Shown here piece after piece: positions 45,914 to 55,957 of a stretch of 56,625 nucleotides of DNA. The notes below the pieces were generated by a model, which was given only the letters and a program-made list of their open reading frames with translations, searched no databases and had not been told where the DNA came from. The position numbers and the translations under genes are program-made. Source of the stretch: Thermotogota bacterium (GTDB lineage: Bacteria; Bipolaricaulota; Bipolaricaulia; UBA7950; UBA9294). The DNA lies in contig JBDKUT010000153.1 in assembly GCA_039679545.1 (NCBI GenBank), positions 1 to 56,625 of the forward strand, in the 5' to 3' direction. How positions within the stretch are numbered: the stretch's first letter is position 1; each line of letters starts with the position of its first letter.

Positions 45914-46794
45914 GATCCCTCCTCGCCTCGTCGTGCGTTGCGTACCCATCGCAAGTTTACCGCGTCGGCGTCGCGGTGCCCATCGAGCGTCTTCGGCGTC
46001 TCGAGAATGAAAGGAACAGCCGCAAGCGCCGGATGACGGATGAGGGCCGCGAGTCCGGGGCCGATCGCGCCGCGGCCGAGGTGCTCGTGCCGATCCCTGT
46101 GGCTTCCGAGGCCCTGCTCAGAGTCGTTCAGGTGCACGAGCCGCAGGTGCTCGAGGCCGACGGCCCGATCGAATCGCCGCAGCGTCGAGACCACCGCCCG
46201 GGCCGTTCTCAAGTCGTACCCCGCGGCGAACGCGTGACAGGTATCGAAGCAGACACCGACGCGCCGGTCGGCAACGACGTTCACAATCGCCGCGAGTTCC
46301 TCGAACCGCCCCCCGAGCGCCGTCCCGGATCCGGCCGAGGTTTCGAGCAGAAGCTCGACGCGGCGGGTCGCCTTGAGTGCGCGCCCGACGGCCGCCCCAG
46401 CGCGTACAGTGCCCTTCTTCGCTCCGGCTCCGCGGTGCGCGCCGAGGTGTGTCACAACGCACGCCGCCCCCAGCGCCTCAGCCCGCTGCAACTCCTCCGT
46501 CAGGACCGCAACCGAGCGCTCGTACAGCGCGTCGTCCGGCGTCGCAAGGTTCAGGAGGTAGATCGCGTGCACCGCGAGGAAGCGCAGGTTCAACGCCGAC
46601 GTGCGATCCCGGAACAGGGTCGCTTCACCGGCTTCGATCGATCGCGCTCGCCAGACCGACGGGGAACGCGTGAAGATCTGGAGCGCGTTCGCGCCCAGCA
46701 CCTCCGCGGCATCCACGGCGCAGGTGAATCCGCCGGCAATCGAAAGGTGAGCCCCCACGACCAGCCCATCCTCTCGGTCGACCGTGCGCCGCAT
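45910..46794 (-). CDS. nfo: Endonuclease IV
   Basis: GAH.S.AGG, QIF, HA.YL.NL, LLET.AG.G, DTCH, HLNDS, DRHE, ILETP. Confidence 0.93.
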   Translation of the reverse strand: MRRTVDREDGLVVGAHLSIAGGFTCAVDAAEVLGANALQIFTRSPSVWRARSIEAGEATLFRDRTSALNLRFLAVHAIYLLNLATPDDALYERSVAVLTEELQRAEALGAACVVTHLGAHRGAGAKKGTVRAGAAVGRALKATRRVELLLETSAGSGTALGGRFEELAAIVNVVADRRVGVCFDTCHAFAAGYDLRTARAVVSTLRRFDRAVGLEHLRLVHLNDSEQGLGSHRDRHEHLGRGAIGPGLAALIRHPALAAVPFILETPKTLDGHRDADAVNLRWVRNARRGEEGS

Positions 46795-46882
46795 GGCGCG
46801 ATCATCCCCAGCACAGGTTTCTTGGGCAACCGGTTGAACGAAGCCCGGTTCCCCGCTACGGTATCCGCGCGGAGGGATCCTC

Positions 46883-48280
46883 ATGAAGTACGACGTCGTC
46901 ATCATCGGAGCGGGACCGGGCGGGTACGCCTGCGCCATCCGCTGCGCTCAAGTTGGGCTTCGGACCGCCCTCGTCGAGGAGAAGAAGGTCGGCGGCGTGT
47001 GCCTGCACTGGGGATGCGTCCCGACGAAAGCGCTCTACGCCGCCACGAAGCTCCTTCACCAAACTCAGACATCGGCCGAGATGGGGATCTCGTTCGCCCC
47101 GCCGACCGTCGACGTTCCCGCGCTCGCCGCGTGGAAGAACCGGGTCGTGGAGACCCTCGCCGGCGGGATCGAGGCCCTAGTCACCAAGGGCGGCGTAGCG
47201 ATCTACCCGACCCGCGCCAAGCTGGACGCCGGCCCGCGCGTGCGCTTGGCGACCGGGGAGGCCCTCGAAGCCGAACGGATCGTTCTCGCCACCGGCTCCT
47301 CGCCGATCGAGATCCCCGGCTTCCCTTTCTCCGACCCCGCCGTCTGGTCCTCCGACGATGCGCTGGCCTTGCGCGAGGTTCCACGCCGACTCGTCGTCAT
47401 CGGCGGCGGCGTCATCGGCCTCGAACTGGCGAACATCTACCGTCGCCTGGGAAGTGACGTCACGGTCGTCGAGCTCCTCCCCGAGATCCTCGCAACCCTC
47501 GACCTCGACCGCCGCACCATCGCCGGACTGAAGCGGGCCCTCACGGCGCAGGGAATCCGTGTGCTGACCGGCATCAAAGCCACCGGCCTCGCGCGGGCGA
47601 ACGCACCCGCCGCGGCCGACGTCATCGTGACGACAGAGGGAGGCGAGCCGTTGCGCGCAGACCGCGTCCTCGTCGCCGTCGGACGACGCCCCAACTCGGG
47701 TGGCATCGGCCTTGAGCACGTCGGCCTCTCTCCGGACCGACGCGGCGCCCTCGCAGTCGACGCGGGATGGCGCACAACGACGGACGGCATCTACGCGATC
47801 GGCGACCTCGTCGCCGGCCCGATGCTCGCCCACAAGGCGACCGCCGAAGGCGTGGCGCTCGCCGACACGTTCGTCGGCGAGCCGCCGACACGCTTCCCCG
47901 TCGAGGAGGTCCCGCAGGCGGTCTTCACCGACCCGGAGGTCGCTTCCATCGGGGTGTCGGAGAAGACAGCCAAGGAGCAAGGGATCGAGGTTCTCGTCGG
48001 ACGGTTCCCGTACGCCGCGCTCGGAAAGGCCCTCGGCATGAGGGAGCCGGACGGCTTCTTCCAGGTCGTCGCCGACGCCGCCGACCATCGCTTGCTCGGC
48101 GTGCAGATCGTCGGCGCCGAGGCGTCGGACCTGATCGGGGAGGCGGCGATGGCCGTGAGGAACCGAATGACGCTCGAGTCGGTGACGCACACTGTGCATG
48201 CGCACCCGACGCTCCCCGAGGGCCTCCAGGGGGCCGCAGAGCACGCCCTCGGCCGCGCGATCCACACTGCCAACCGCTGA
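46883..48280 (+). CDS. lpdA: Dihydrolipoamide dehydrogenase
   Basis: GAGPGGY, GGVCLHWGCVPTK, GGGVIGLE, MLAHKA, HAHPTL.E. Confidence 0.93.
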   Translation: MKYDVVIIGAGPGGYACAIRCAQVGLRTALVEEKKVGGVCLHWGCVPTKALYAATKLLHQTQTSAEMGISFAPPTVDVPALAAWKNRVVETLAGGIEALVTKGGVAIYPTRAKLDAGPRVRLATGEALEAERIVLATGSSPIEIPGFPFSDPAVWSSDDALALREVPRRLVVIGGGVIGLELANIYRRLGSDVTVVELLPEILATLDLDRRTIAGLKRALTAQGIRVLTGIKATGLARANAPAAADVIVTTEGGEPLRADRVLVAVGRRPNSGGIGLEHVGLSPDRRGALAVDAGWRTTTDGIYAIGDLVAGPMLAHKATAEGVALADTFVGEPPTRFPVEEVPQAVFTDPEVASIGVSEKTAKEQGIEVLVGRFPYAALGKALGMREPDGFFQVVADAADHRLLGVQIVGAEASDLIGEAAMAVRNRMTLESVTHTVHAHPTLPEGLQGAAEHALGRAIHTANR

Positions 48281-48412
48281 TCTTGTAGGTGCTAGCTGCT
48301 CATCCATGCAACGGCCAAAAACGGTGCCGGGGCTCCGCCCTCCGCGGAGCCCCGGCCATGCTGGAGATCGTTTGGCACTCGCTGCTCGGCCTACGAATGA
48401 GCCGCCAGCAGC

Positions 48413-49153
48413 CTAAACCTTGGTCTTTTTCTCGACCTTCGCGTTGTCATGCACGTCGAGCGTCTCGGTGTACTCGACGGCCTTGATGTGGCACCCCGGC
48501 CCGATGACGACGCGCTTGCCACGCACAACGTCCGCCGTCGTGTCCTCGAGCTCGATCTCGTCGCCCTCGATCGACGTCGTCGTGAGCTCGGCGGCCGCGC
48601 TGCGCCACAGCAGGCGGGCAAGCCCGTCGAGGAGGATCCCTTTCTCACGCAGGCCGCCACGCTCGACATGGATCGACTCCCCGCCGATCTCCCGCGCGCT
48701 GCACTTCCCGCCCAGGTGGACCTCAACCTTGTCGGCCGAAAGCAGGCCCTCGACGTCGAACCCGCCGCTCGCCTTGAAGATGTCCGCCTCAAGGTTCCCG
48801 CCGACGCGGATGTGGCCGCTCACCTTGACGTACTCGCTCGAGAGATTTCCCGAGATGCGGAACGACCCCGAGCACTTCATCTCCTTGACTTTGGCGTCGC
48901 CTTCGATGCGCCCCGCGCCGCTGACTCCCATCTCGTCGGCCGTGACAGGCCCGTCGAACACGCCGCTTCCCGAGACGGAGATCGTCGTCGCCTCGGTCTT
49001 CCCGGCAACCTTCCCCGCGCCAGAGATGCGGATCTCCTCCGCCTTCAGGTCGCCGTCCACCTTGCCCGCACCGGCAATGGAAACCCGTGCGTAGTCGCCA
49101 CCGCTCAGCTTCCCGGCTCCCGACATGCTGATCGATCGTCGTTCGTCGCTCAT
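48413..49153 (-). CDS. YhbE/YhbF-like polymer-forming (bactofilin-type) protein
   Basis: Repeated (I/V)SG...V.G beta-helix units; IEGDEI.LE.T.A..VRG..V.IG.GC. Confidence 0.8.
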   Translation of the reverse strand: MSDERRSISMSGAGKLSGGDYARVSIAGAGKVDGDLKAEEIRISGAGKVAGKTEATTISVSGSGVFDGPVTADEMGVSGAGRIEGDAKVKEMKCSGSFRISGNLSSEYVKVSGHIRVGGNLEADIFKASGGFDVEGLLSADKVEVHLGGKCSAREIGGESIHVERGGLREKGILLDGLARLLWRSAAAELTTTSIEGDEIELEDTTADVVRGKRVVIGPGCHIKAVEYTETLDVHDNAKVEKKTKV

Positions 49154-49857
49154 CGTTCCTCCTCCGGTGCGCGCCAGCCCGAGCCGGCCCCATCGCCTCT
49201 TGCCGCAACGTCGAGCTTGATGCGGTTGAGCAGATCCTGAAGATCCACCCGCTCGACCGTGGTAACGTCAGGATCGAAGACGGCGTCCGACGGTGCGATC
49301 ACCGCAAGGCTGATTTCGGCCGAGATTCCTCCGCCGGAGATGCGCTTTCGAAGGAGGTGAAGGTCGAGACGGCCGGCCGTGATCCGTTCCAGGAGCGCCT
49401 CATCGACCCGCGCCCGCAACGTGCGCTGTACGAGGTCGAGTTCCTCCGCCCGCGCCGCCGACTTCAGACGACTCACCGCACCCACGCACAGCGCGTCCTG
49501 AATGGACAGCGTCTTCTTCGGCGCCGTATCGATGTCGCACGCCTCAAGCACCGACGCGTCGACGCCCTTGAGACGGCGGATCCTCTCGAGGGACACCTGA
49601 AGCTTGGCGTTTACCTCTTGCGTGATCACGTCGGCGAGGTCGTCGAGCGGGTGGGTGTCCTTCATGTCCTTGATCCGCTCGATGCGCTCCAGGATCTTCT
49701 CACGCGGGAAGAAGGTCTCTTGCCCCGTGAACGTCGAGCGCCGAATGAACCACGCCTCGGGAATCAACCCCTTGCGTTTCCATCGGTAGAGCTGCCCGTA
49801 GGAGATCCCCGCCAACTCCAGAACCTCCTTCTTCGAGACCAGCTGCTCCTCGTCCAT
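49150..49857 (-). CDS. YhbD / DUF4004 family protein (MerR-like HTH)
   Basis: SKKE.LE..GISYGQLYRWKRK.LIPE.WFIR.STFTGQETFFP. Confidence 0.88.
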   Translation of the reverse strand: MDEEQLVSKKEVLELAGISYGQLYRWKRKGLIPEAWFIRRSTFTGQETFFPREKILERIERIKDMKDTHPLDDLADVITQEVNAKLQVSLERIRRLKGVDASVLEACDIDTAPKKTLSIQDALCVGAVSRLKSAARAEELDLVQRTLRARVDEALLERITAGRLDLHLLRKRISGGGISAEISLAVIAPSDAVFDPDVTTVERVDLQDLLNRIKLDVAARGDGAGSGWRAPEEER

Positions 49858-49936
49858 GGGATGACACCTCCAAGAGCCGCACGTCTAGGTCATATCTCGA
49901 TCCGTCTCGAATCTACGGAGGCGCACAGCTCGAGGC

Positions 49937-49965
49937 ATTGTAACAGAACACTGTGTTGCAGTCAA
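49937..49965 (-). promoter_or_regulatory. sigma70 promoter with a dyad across the spacer
   Basis: TTGACT-17-TACAAT; TGTAACA-N8-TGTTGCA at 49939-49960. Confidence 0.7.
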
Positions 49966-50138
49966 CGGAAGGATGGGAACGCACACAGACGAACCGGCAC
50001 GGCCATCCCGCAGTTCTCACACGCCACAGCGTACATGTTCAACGCGGAACGGCACTCACTTGCCTGGGCAACAGGAATCCCGTCCAGACAAAGCCAACCA
50101 CATCACCGGGCTTCGTCCCTAGGGAAGTGAGCTGCGGT

Positions 50139-51782
50139 TCACTTCCCCGGGCACTGCGCTGCGACGTCGGAGTCGATCCCCTTGTTTCCGTAGGCCTTGT
50201 CGAAGTGAGCAGAGAACTCCGCAGCCAACTTCCTCGCCCGCGCGTCGTAGGCCACGGGGTCCGCCCACGACTTCCTCGGATGGAGAACGTCCGTCGGCAC
50301 ACCGGGACACGTACGAGGAATGGATACGTGGAACAGCGTGTCGTCCTCGTACTTCACACCCTTCAGCTCACCCGACAGCGCGGCGTGAACCATCGTGCGT
50401 GTGAGAGCGATGTCCATCCGCTTGGCCTGGCCGTACGGGCCGCCGCTCCAACCGGTGTTCACGAGGTAGACCTCGGTCCCGTGTTGATCCAGCTTCTCGC
50501 CGAGCATCCGCGCGTAGACGTCGGGGTTCCTCGGCATGAACGGTTCGCCGAAGAACCGCGAGAAGGTCGTCTTGGGCTCAATGATCCCCGTCTCCGTTCC
50601 CGCCAGCTTGCTCGTGTATCCCATGAGGAACCACAACATCGCTTGTTCCTTCGATAGGCGGGCGATCGGAGGCAGGACGCCGTTGGCGTCGGCGGTGAGG
50701 AAAAGGATCGTCTTCGGATGTCCGCCCGCCGACGACGCCTTGACGTTCGACAGGAACTCGAGCGGGTAGGAGCCCCGCGAGTTGGGAGTGAGCCGGTCGT
50801 CGAACAGGTCGAAGGTCCCGTCCGGGTAGATCATGGCGTTCTCGACGATGGCCCCGTGCTTCTCAGGCGGCGCCGGGTGGAAGATGGCCTGGTGGATCTC
50901 GGGCTCCTTCTTCGCGTCGAGGTCGATCAGCTTCGCGTAGCAGCCGTTCTCGAAGTTGGCGACGCCGTGGTCGCTCCACGCGTGCTCGTCATCGCCGAGA
51001 AGCGCGCGCCGCGGATCGGCGGACAGGGTCGTCTTCCCCGTTCCCGACAGGCCGAGCAGGAGGGCGACGTCCCCGTCAGGGCCTTCGTTTGCCGAACAGT
51101 GGAGCGGGAGGATCCCCTCCGCGGGGAGGTAGTAGTTCATGACGGAAAAGACCATCTTCTTCACCGACCCGCAGTACGCCGAGCCGTAGACCACGCCGAT
51201 GCGGCGGTCGAGGTCCATGGCGATGACCATCGTCGAAGTTTTCTTCGTCGCCGGATCAACGCGCAGCCGCCCCCCGTAGTGCTTCGGGTCAAGCTTGTCG
51301 TAGGGCAGGGCGATCAGACGGAACGGTCGCTTCGCGAAGACGCTCTTGCCGATGTCGGGCGGTACGGTGCGAAACATGTTGTCGGCGAACAGCGACGTCA
51401 GCGCGCGGTCGGTCACGAGCTTGATCGGGAGCGCGTACGCCGAATCGGCGCCGACGACGCGGTCGATCTCATACAGCCTGCGCTTTCCCCGCAACGTGGC
51501 GAACGCGTCGTCGAGGATTCGATCGAACGTCTCCTCTGCGATCGGGTTGTTGTTGGGCGAGTCCCAGTCGATCTCGGCCTCGCTCAACGCGCGGCGGACC
51601 GTCACCGTGTCCTTGGGGCTGCGGCCCGTCGACTCCCGCGGCGTCCAGGTCGCGAGCGCTCCGGAAGAGCAGGCGACGGCCTCTTTGTGGGTCAGCGCAT
51701 CACGAATGAGCTGAGCGCGCGAGGGGTTCTTCGTAACGTTAGGCCGTCCAAGGAGTTCCTGAAGACTGCGATCGAAGTCCAT
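50139..51782 (-). CDS. pckA: Phosphoenolpyruvate carboxykinase (ATP)
   Basis: TGRSPKD, LHCSAN, GLSGTGKTTLS, GDDEH, NFE.GCYAK, GYT.KLAGTE, LVNTGW. Confidence 0.95.
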   Translation of the reverse strand: MDFDRSLQELLGRPNVTKNPSRAQLIRDALTHKEAVACSSGALATWTPRESTGRSPKDTVTVRRALSEAEIDWDSPNNNPIAEETFDRILDDAFATLRGKRRLYEIDRVVGADSAYALPIKLVTDRALTSLFADNMFRTVPPDIGKSVFAKRPFRLIALPYDKLDPKHYGGRLRVDPATKKTSTMVIAMDLDRRIGVVYGSAYCGSVKKMVFSVMNYYLPAEGILPLHCSANEGPDGDVALLLGLSGTGKTTLSADPRRALLGDDEHAWSDHGVANFENGCYAKLIDLDAKKEPEIHQAIFHPAPPEKHGAIVENAMIYPDGTFDLFDDRLTPNSRGSYPLEFLSNVKASSAGGHPKTILFLTADANGVLPPIARLSKEQAMLWFLMGYTSKLAGTETGIIEPKTTFSRFFGEPFMPRNPDVYARMLGEKLDQHGTEVYLVNTGWSGGPYGQAKRMDIALTRTMVHAALSGELKGVKYEDDTLFHVSIPRTCPGVPTDVLHPRKSWADPVAYDARARKLAAEFSAHFDKAYGNKGIDSDVAAQCPGK

Positions 51783-51877
51783 CCCCACCTCACACCCGTG
51801 TGTCGGTCGCCGACGCTGCGCGACCGCGGATGGAGGGATCATAGCCAACCTATCATGAGTTCTAAAGGCTGGGATTC

Positions 51878-52681
51878 TCAGGCAGCGGGACTCTGTGCCA
51901 CCCTCAGCGTGGCCAGGTAGCTCATCGCCTGTTCCAGCGGGACCCGGCGGCGGTACTCGCCGGTTTTCCGGTTGACGGCTCCGCCAGGCTCAATGTCCAC
52001 AAGCTCAAGCCCCGTGCCATCGAGCAGGGCACGAAGCTCCGCCGGCCCGTAGCACCGAAGCGACTGCGTCACGGCCTCGTCCGGGTGCCCGTTCGGCCAC
52101 CAGGTGTCGAGCAACCGGGAGCCGGCTGCATCGAACCCGTACCGCCGAGAGGCGTCGTCGAAGTGCATCTCCGTCCCCGCGACAGTCGCCCAGTACCGCA
52201 GCGCATAGACCTCGATGAGCGCCGATCCGTCGCGCTTGAGCCATCCGGCGATCCGGCGCAGAAGACGCCGCTGGTCGTCGTCCTTGCCGATCCCAAACCC
52301 ATCGAAATAGCAGACGACGTCGAACTTGTCCTCCGGTGCGATTTCGTAGAAGTCGCCGAGGACGGGCTCCATTCGGCCCCGGAAGTGAGCCTTGGCTCGC
52401 TGCCTTGCCGCGTCGATGGCTCGGGGACTGATGTCCACGGCAACAACCGTGTGACCGAGATCGGCGATGGCCGCCGCCGTCTGCCCGCCTCCACAGCCGA
52501 GCTCAAGCACGCGGCCCGAGCGACCGCCGAGTGCTCGGCCGACACGCGACGCCTGCTTGCGGTGGACGGCGCCGATCTCCTCGCCGCAGCACCCCGTCCA
52601 TTCATCCTGCTTGTCGTAGAACGTCCTGACCCAGTCCACGATTGAGCCTACTCCCGGGCTCGAGCGACCGCAAGACTCCAT
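51878..52681 (-). CDS. Class I SAM-dependent methyltransferase
   Basis: VLELGCGGG, VDIS, GDF, FDVV; start uncertain. Confidence 0.82.
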   Translation of the reverse strand: MESCGRSSPGVGSIVDWVRTFYDKQDEWTGCCGEEIGAVHRKQASRVGRALGGRSGRVLELGCGGGQTAAAIADLGHTVVAVDISPRAIDAARQRAKAHFRGRMEPVLGDFYEIAPEDKFDVVCYFDGFGIGKDDDQRRLLRRIAGWLKRDGSALIEVYALRYWATVAGTEMHFDDASRRYGFDAAGSRLLDTWWPNGHPDEAVTQSLRCYGPAELRALLDGTGLELVDIEPGGAVNRKTGEYRRRVPLEQAMSYLATLRVAQSPAA

Positions 52682-52685
52682 AGAA

Positions 52686-53462
52686 CTAGGCGTCCGACAC
52701 TCGCAGCTCGAAGAGCCGCATCGTGTTCAGCGTTGTCGTCTCGGTCACGGACTCCGGTGCAGTGGCTCGGAGTTCCGCCATGGCTCTTGCGACGAGCTCG
52801 ACGTAGGCGGGCTCGTTTCTCTTGCCGCGGTGCGGCACGGGAGTGAGGTACGGGCAGTCGGTCTCAAGCAGGATCCGATCGAGCGGCACGCGGCGTACGG
52901 CGTCGCGCAGCGCACTGTTCGCCGGGTACGTGAGCGGTCCGCCGACGCCAAGGTAGAAGCCGAGGTTGAGGAACGTCCGAGCAAGGGCGAAGTCGCCGAG
53001 GAAGGAGTGGATGACGCCGCGGTGCGTCGCTCCGGCATCATGCAGGATCCTCACGAGGTCGTCGGTCGACTCGCGGTTGTGGAGCACGACGGGGAGTCCC
53101 ACCCGCTTCGCAAGCTCGAGCTGCTCCGCGAAAACCTTCCGTTGCACGTCGCGTGGAGAGAGGTCGCGGTAGTAGTCGAGGCCGATCTCGCCCACCGCGA
53201 CGACCTTCGGCTCCTTCGCCAGGGCCTCGAGCTCTCGCAACACGGCCGGCGTGACGGCCTTCGCGCCGTGCGGGTGAATGCCTACGGTGGCCCAGATTTC
53301 GCGGTGCCGGCTCGCCAAGCGCACGGCTTCGCGGCTCGAGGTGAGGCCGCTGCCGATGGTCACGACGCCGATTCCGTCGGCGTGAAGCTTCGCGATGAGC
53401 GCGGCGCGATCCTCATCGAATGCACGGTCGTCGAGGTGGGCGTGGCTGTCGATCAGCCGCAC
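52686..53462 (-). CDS. tatD: TatD family hydrolase
   Basis: DSHAH, GIHP, GEIGLDY, H.R, HSF, ETDCPYL. Confidence 0.93.
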   Translation of the reverse strand: MRLIDSHAHLDDRAFDEDRAALIAKLHADGIGVVTIGSGLTSSREAVRLASRHREIWATVGIHPHGAKAVTPAVLRELEALAKEPKVVAVGEIGLDYYRDLSPRDVQRKVFAEQLELAKRVGLPVVLHNRESTDDLVRILHDAGATHRGVIHSFLGDFALARTFLNLGFYLGVGGPLTYPANSALRDAVRRVPLDRILLETDCPYLTPVPHRGKRNEPAYVELVARAMAELRATAPESVTETTTLNTMRLFELRVSDA

Positions 53463-55039
53463 TGCTCGACCTCGTGCAGGGCCCTCGGCAGAAGCTCAAT
53501 CACGTCGGAAGGAAGGAGCGAACGCTCGGAGCGATCGGACGCGAAGAACTCCGCCGTCATCCCATGCAGGTACGGACCGACAAGGGCGGCATCGGCGATC
53601 GACGCGCCTCCGGCGAGGAGGCCGGCGAGGATCCCCGTGAGGACGTCACCGCTGCCACCCGTCGCAAGTCCGGTGTTCCCCGTCGGGTTCAGATAGACGT
53701 CGCCGCCCCGTAGGCCAACGACCGTCGGCCTCCCCTTGAGGATCGTCGTGACCCCGTGACTCTCGACGAACGCCCGCGTCGCATCGATGCGGTCGTGGGT
53801 GAGGCTGCCGGCCGACTCGCCGGTGAGAAACGCGAGTTCGCCGGGATGCGGCGTGAGGAGCCCCCGCGAGCCGATCGACGAGAGGAGCTCGAGCTCCTTC
53901 GACAGGGCGTACAGGGCGTCGGCGTCGATGACGCACGGGCCGCGGAACTCGCGAAGCAGTGAGACCACAGCCTTCACCGTCTCTCCCGACCGCGACAGGC
54001 CGGGGCCGATCGCGAGGACGTCGGCGCGCGCAAGTTCGTCCTTCAGTGCTCCGACCGCGGCGGGGCCGAGGCGACCTCCCGTATCGGGGACCGGGATCGT
54101 GAGGATCTCGGGCACGGCGACCTCGAGGATCGGGTCGAGCGACGCGGGGATCGCGAGGGCGACGAGGCCCGCGCCGACGCGCAGTGCACCGCGGCATACG
54201 AAGATCGCCGCCCCGGTCATCCCGATCGATCCCGCCACGACGAGGACCCGGCCGAACGTGCCCTTGTGCCCGTCGGGCGGCCTCGGCGGAAGCCGGTGCG
54301 CGATGCCCGATCGCTCGAGCACCCGCGCCAAAGGATGCACCCGCTGGCGAACGTCGTCGGGGTAGTCAACGGGGAGGACGGCCACGCTGCCGCAGCGGCC
54401 TGCCGCCGGGAAGAGAAGGTGAACGGGCTTTAGAAACTCCATCGCAAGCGTCACGTCAGCCGAGACGACAGGCCCGACGAGATCACCGCTGTCGGAGAGA
54501 ACACCGCTCGGCACGTCGAGGCTGACGGTGCGAATCGTCGCGCTGTTCAGTGCGCGGATCGTCGACGCGGCGACCCCTTCGAGCGGCCGCACGAGCCCGG
54601 TGCCGAAGATCCCGTCCACGGCCAGGGTTCCCCACGCGAGGGCGTCGGAGAACCCCTCGACGCCGGCGGCCTCGAGAGACGCCGTGGTCCCGCCAGCGGC
54701 AACGAAACGCTCGAGCATGCGTCGTGTCCCCGCGGAGAGGCGCTCCGGGGGCGAAAGGAGGAACGTCTTCACCTCGGATCCGGCCGCAAGAAGGTGCCGG
54801 GCGACGACGAGCGCGTCGCCTCCGTTCCCTCCGGGTCCCGCCGCGATGACGATTCGCCGCGTGCCCGCGTGGGCCAAGATCCACTGCGCCGCGTTGCGGC
54901 CCGCGCTTTCCACGAGCGCGTCCTCGGTCAGACCGGACCGGTAGGCATCTTCGTCGGCCCGCCGCTGCGCCGCGGCGGTCAGGACGAAGCGCTCGTCGAC
55001 ATCGGATTCCAGCGAGTGTCGTGCGCCCTCTCGTTCCAT
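53453..55039 (-). CDS. nnr: Bifunctional NAD(P)H-hydrate epimerase/dehydratase
   Basis: G.GGNGGD, DGIFGTG, DVPSG, HKG.FG, GPGL, DADAL, TPHPGE, GGSGDVL. Confidence 0.93.
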   Translation of the reverse strand: MEREGARHSLESDVDERFVLTAAAQRRADEDAYRSGLTEDALVESAGRNAAQWILAHAGTRRIVIAAGPGGNGGDALVVARHLLAAGSEVKTFLLSPPERLSAGTRRMLERFVAAGGTTASLEAAGVEGFSDALAWGTLAVDGIFGTGLVRPLEGVAASTIRALNSATIRTVSLDVPSGVLSDSGDLVGPVVSADVTLAMEFLKPVHLLFPAAGRCGSVAVLPVDYPDDVRQRVHPLARVLERSGIAHRLPPRPPDGHKGTFGRVLVVAGSIGMTGAAIFVCRGALRVGAGLVALAIPASLDPILEVAVPEILTIPVPDTGGRLGPAAVGALKDELARADVLAIGPGLSRSGETVKAVVSLLREFRGPCVIDADALYALSKELELLSSIGSRGLLTPHPGELAFLTGESAGSLTHDRIDATRAFVESHGVTTILKGRPTVVGLRGGDVYLNPTGNTGLATGGSGDVLTGILAGLLAGGASIADAALVGPYLHGMTAEFFASDRSERSLLPSDVIELLPRALHEVEQCG

Positions 55040-55950
55040 TCCGTCACGATCTCCTTCGCCACGTCCTTCGCGCTCCGCCCGGAGACATCGATCCACCTCG
55101 CCACAGCGTCACGGCGGAACCACGACATCTGACGCCTCACAAGCTTCCACGTCGTCGCTGCCAGCGTCGGCGCCAACTCGTCCCGCGCCATCGTCCCGTC
55201 GAGCACAGCCCACGCTTCGGGAATCCCGATCGTTCGTGCCGCCTGGTCGTCGGGCCGAAGACCATCCTGTCTCAACCGCGCCGCCTCTTCAAGCAGCCCC
55301 GCGGAGATCATCCCCTCGACCCGCTCGGCGATCGCCCGACGATGGTCGCCGCGCTCACGGCACAGGCCCAGGACGACGAAGGGAAATGGAAGCGGCGACG
55401 CCTGGGCCTGCCATGTGCTGATCGGCGTTCCCGTCGCCTCGTAGACCTCAAGGGCGCGCTCAATCCGCAACCGATCGTTCCCGTGGATCTTCGCCGCCGC
55501 GGCCGGATCCACCTCCGCGAGCCGGCCATGAAGGTCCGCAACCGTCACCCCATGCAGCGACTGTCGAAATGTCGGATTCGTCCCGGGACCCTCGAACACA
55601 CCGCGGAGGATCGCGCCAAGGTAGAGAGTCCCACCGCCGACGACCATCGAAACTCTCCCGCGCGCCGCGATCTCAGGGACCAGCCGTGCTACATCGGCTC
55701 GGAACGCCATCGCGTCGTACGTGCCGCGCAGCGGGACGCAATCCACGAGGTGATGGGGAACGAGACTCCGCTCGGCGGACGACGGCTTGGCCGTGACGAC
55801 GTCGAGGCCGACGAAGAAGGCACGGGAGTCTGCGGAGAGGATCTCTCCGTCGAGGTGTTGCGCGACCTCGAGGGCGATCGCCGTCTTTTTGCACGCGGTG
55901 GGGCCGAGGAGGACGAGGGCTGAAGCTCCGTCGCCCGTCAGGCTCGCCAC
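54979..55950 (-). CDS. miaA: tRNA dimethylallyltransferase
   Basis: GPTA.KT, SADS, TAKP, PHHL.D, VGG..LY, RI.RALEV, RRQ.SWF. Confidence 0.9.
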   Translation of the reverse strand: MASLTGDGASALVLLGPTACKKTAIALEVAQHLDGEILSADSRAFFVGLDVVTAKPSSAERSLVPHHLVDCVPLRGTYDAMAFRADVARLVPEIAARGRVSMVVGGGTLYLGAILRGVFEGPGTNPTFRQSLHGVTVADLHGRLAEVDPAAAAKIHGNDRLRIERALEVYEATGTPISTWQAQASPLPFPFVVLGLCRERGDHRRAIAERVEGMISAGLLEEAARLRQDGLRPDDQAARTIGIPEAWAVLDGTMARDELAPTLAATTWKLVRRQMSWFRRDAVARWIDVSGRSAKDVAKEIVTEWNERAHDTRWNPMSTSASS

Positions 55951-55957
55951 GCCGTCC

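Noticed and set aside
46883..48280. lpdA as evidence for a local 2-oxoacid dehydrogenase or glycine cleavage cluster
   Set aside because: No E1/E2 or gcv genes in the window; stand-alone lpdA is common
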